Origin: Zygnema circumcarinatum SAG 698-1b
Lineage: Eukaryota > Plantae > Zygnematophyceae
Length of the DNA: 64,000 nucleotides
NCBI GenBank assembly: GCA_037447605.1
Contig: CM074814.1
Coordinates: forward strand, 1,736,001 to 1,800,000
Reading direction: 5' to 3'
A program made the position numbers and the translations under genes. Shown piece by piece: positions 61,471-64,000 of the stretch (its first letter is position 1; each line of letters starts with the position of its first letter). Below the pieces are notes generated by a model. The model saw only the letters and a list, made by a program, of their open reading frames with translations. It searched no databases and was not told the DNA's origin.

Positions 61471-62583
61471 TTCAAGGTAGGGCTAGGTGGGCTGCACTCT
61501 ATCCACAGAAACAAGCAGGCTATTGTTGAGTTTGAAAGCGATACAGAGAATGCTATTTTTCATATCGACATTACCGCGTTTTCTATTGAACTGCTTATTC
61601 AGTTGTTGCAGAAGGGCTCCGAATTCCACATAATCGGTTCTTCACAAGACTATGCTAAGCGCTTATTGGCCAAGCTAGGCGAATGGCGGGACTTGCGCTT
61701 GAAGTGGAAAGCTTCACCCGAGATTGAGCTTCGGAGACGATCAATCACATACAAAGTGCTTCTGCTTTCGATTGTTGGCAATTTGAATGCTTCTGGTTCT
61801 TTGCTTTACAATCCTAAGCTGTACTATAGCATCACCATAAATGGGCAGCTAATCCTTTTGGAGGTGCTCAAATCGCTCTCATCCTGTTCCGACATCCTGC
61901 AAGCAAACACGGACGGCGCTATCCTACGTGTTCCTTGTGCTAACACAGGGCGCTTGAACACTCTCTTAAATGAACAAGAGCGCGTTCTGGGTTTGACCTT
62001 TGGTTCACGCACCAAAGTCTTACGCGCCTGGATTATGGGCTCTAACGGCTACGCTTTGTGCGCGCCCGGACAAGTCCTCGTGCGCGGACTTAACGCCTTG
62101 CAAAGCTCGTTTAATTCGTCAGTTCATTCGAACTTGCTCGAGTTCTTACTAACAACTCCACGAAAAGAACGCAATTTTGGCATGCTTCTAACTCGTGCCA
62201 AGTCCTATCGCAAGTTTTGGGAGTTTGCCTGTGCAAAACGCAGCGCGAGCGAGTTGCCAGTGGTTTACATGTGTACGCTAGCGCACCGGGATGACATTGT
62301 TGTCCTTGAAAAGAGCGGAAAAGGCAAATTCCTTTGTTTGGTTTCCAAAGGCTCGCCCTTGGGTAGAGTAGAATATTTCAAGTACATCTCAACTCAGTAC
62401 GACTTCAAAAGGCGAGAAATTGAGTATGAGAACACTTTGCTCAATTCGGTGCCGTGGCGTTGCGTGGAGGCGAAGCGCAAATACAAACAGAAGTATACTG
62501 CAGACTACCCGCTTGAATCGCAAGAGTCTTTGAGGAAGTTTCTCGAGTTGCTTGAAGATAGGGACAGCTGCGCAAGGGTCTAA
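61471..62583 (+). CDS. Phage-type PolB, identical copy; 5' end in gap
   Basis: Identical translation to 58299-59411. Confidence 0.8.
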   Translation, partial: FKVGLGGLHSIHRNKQAIVEFESDTENAIFHIDITAFSIELLIQLLQKGSEFHIIGSSQDYAKRLLAKLGEWRDLRLKWKASPEIELRRRSITYKVLLLSIVGNLNASGSLLYNPKLYYSITINGQLILLEVLKSLSSCSDILQANTDGAILRVPCANTGRLNTLLNEQERVLGLTFGSRTKVLRAWIMGSNGYALCAPGQVLVRGLNALQSSFNSSVHSNLLEFLLTTPRKERNFGMLLTRAKSYRKFWEFACAKRSASELPVVYMCTLAHRDDIVVLEKSGKGKFLCLVSKGSPLGRVEYFKYISTQYDFKRREIEYENTLLNSVPWRCVEAKRKYKQKYTADYPLESQESLRKFLELLEDRDSCARV

Positions 62584-62942
62584 CGTTCAAGGAAGAGAAG
62601 CATGGAGCAGTCGTCTCGAGTCGCGAACTTGCTCTTGATGACAGCGGTGTTAAAGCAGTGCTCACGATGCGCACTTAAGGGCGAGGTTTTGCTCGTAAAT
62701 AGAAAGCTTCGGAGCTTGTGGACTTTCTCAATAGGCACGGGATTCGGGAATACACGCATGGCAAGTGTTCGACTAGGATTGACAGCAACTATTGTAAGAA
62801 CCAGACGCAACAAGGTGTCGCTCCGGGGAGTTTTCCGCTTACGGCTGACGTATTTATGGTTCTCACCCTTTTCACTGAGTTGGACGCTGGCTTTGAACCA
62901 GAGCGGATTTAGTACAGAGTTTATAGAAACGCTTCCAGCCAT
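62580..62942 (-). CDS. Hypothetical 120-aa protein, second unit (mirror copy 63159-63521 on +)
   Basis: Identical to 59408-59770. Confidence 0.4.
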   Translation of the reverse strand: MAGSVSINSVLNPLWFKASVQLSEKGENHKYVSRKRKTPRSDTLLRLVLTIVAVNPSRTLAMRVFPNPVPIEKVHKLRSFLFTSKTSPLSAHREHCFNTAVIKSKFATRDDCSMLLFLER

Positions 62943-62943
62943 G

Positions 62944-63157
62944 AGGGCGACCAGAGGGCGACCATAGGGAGCTCGCGCGGCGCTCACTGCGTTCGCTTGT
63001 TTCACCGTGAGCTTCGCGAACAGGCGACCGAAGGGTGACGAAGTCACAGGCGACCGTTCGCTCGCGCGGCGCTCACTGCGTTCGCTTGTTTCACGGTGAA
63101 ACAAGCGAACGCAGTGAGCGCCGCGCGAGCTCCCTATGGTCGCCCTCTGGTCGCCCT
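62944..63157. repeat. Second hairpin junction, same orientation as the first
   Basis: Sequence identical to 59772-59985 at offset 3172. Confidence 0.8.
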
Positions 63158-63517
63158 CATGGCTGGAAGCGTTTCTATAAACTCTGTACTAAATCCGCTC
63201 TGGTTCAAAGCCAGCGTCCAACTCAGTGAAAAGGGTGAGAACCATAAATACGTCAGCCGTAAGCGGAAAACTCCCCGGAGCGACACCTTGTTGCGTCTGG
63301 TTCTTACAATAGTTGCTGTCAATCCTAGTCGAACACTTGCCATGCGTGTATTCCCGAATCCCGTGCCTATTGAGAAAGTCCACAAGCTCCGAAGCTTTCT
63401 ATTTACGAGCAAAACCTCGCCCTTAAGTGCGCATCGTGAGCACTGCTTTAACACCGCTGTCATCAAGAGCAAGTTCGCGACTCGAGACGACTGCTCCATG
63501 CTTCTCTTCCTTGAACG

Positions 63518-64000
63518 TTAGACCCTTGCGCAGCTGTCCCTATCTTCAAGCAACTCGAGAAACTTCCTCAAAGACTCTTGCGATTCAAGCGGGTAGTCTG
63601 CAGTATACTTCTGTTTGTATTTGCGCTTCGCCTCCACGCAACGCCACGGCACCGAATTGAGCAAAGTGTTCTCATACTCAATTTCTCGCCTTTTGAAGTC
63701 GTACTGAGTTGAGATGTACTTGAAATATTCTACTCTACCCAAGGGCGAGCCTTTGGAAACCAAACAAAGGAATTTGCCTTTTCCGCTCTTTTCAAGGACA
63801 ACAATGTCATCCCGGTGCGCTAGCGTACACATGTAAACCACTGGCAACTCGCTCGCGCTGCGTTTTGCACAGGCAAACTCCCAAAACTTGCGATAGGACT
63901 TGGCACGAGTTAGAAGCATGCCAAAATTGCGTTCTTTTCGTGGAGTTGTTAGTAAGAACTCGAGCAAGTTCGAATGAACTGACGAATTAAACGAGCTTTG
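63518..64000 (-). CDS. Phage-type PolB, inverted copy running off the window end
   Basis: C-terminal part identical to the other copies. Confidence 0.75.
   Translation of the reverse strand, partial: QSSFNSSVHSNLLEFLLTTPRKERNFGMLLTRAKSYRKFWEFACAKRSASELPVVYMCTLAHRDDIVVLEKSGKGKFLCLVSKGSPLGRVEYFKYISTQYDFKRREIEYENTLLNSVPWRCVEAKRKYKQKYTADYPLESQESLRKFLELLEDRDSCARV

Larger units (their letters stand above)
57550..64000. mobile_element. Palindromic array of a PolB-encoding element with hairpin-type tail-to-tail junctions (interrupted by N gaps at 58288-58297 and 61460-61469)
   Basis: 58298-59838 mirrors 59919-61459; 61470 onward repeats 58298 onward at an offset of 3172; 57550-58287 is a truncated inverted copy. 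Confidence 0.75.

Overview
Eukaryotic nuclear DNA of a green plant; intron-rich, plant-type genes suggest an early-diverging streptophyte (alga or bryophyte), but the species cannot be determined here. Positions 1-46.7 kb are gene-dense and conventional: proton pump-interactor (3' part), SNF2 helicase CHR19/ETL1, EXPERA/TMEM97 protein, KDPG aldolase, organellar ValRS, class-3 lipase/P-loop protein, complex I NDUFB2, prefoldin 1 (with a 7-nt microexon), AAED1/PRXL2C-like redoxin and QTRT2. From about 46.9 kb the window is repeat-rich: a ~950-bp foldback element, then ~6.8 kb bounded by diverged inverted repeats that holds a G-rich minisatellite, a tRNA-Asn-like relic and an intronless AP2/ERF gene with an internal duplication. 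From 57550 to the end is the standout feature: apparently identical, alternately inverted copies of an intronless element encoding a tailed-phage-type family B DNA polymerase. It keeps both catalytic Asp but has altered steric-gate and motif B residues. A convergent 120-aa ORF follows it, and copies are joined tail-to-tail through an imperfect GC-rich hairpin junction. Copy number and the missing 5' part are obscured by 10-N gaps.
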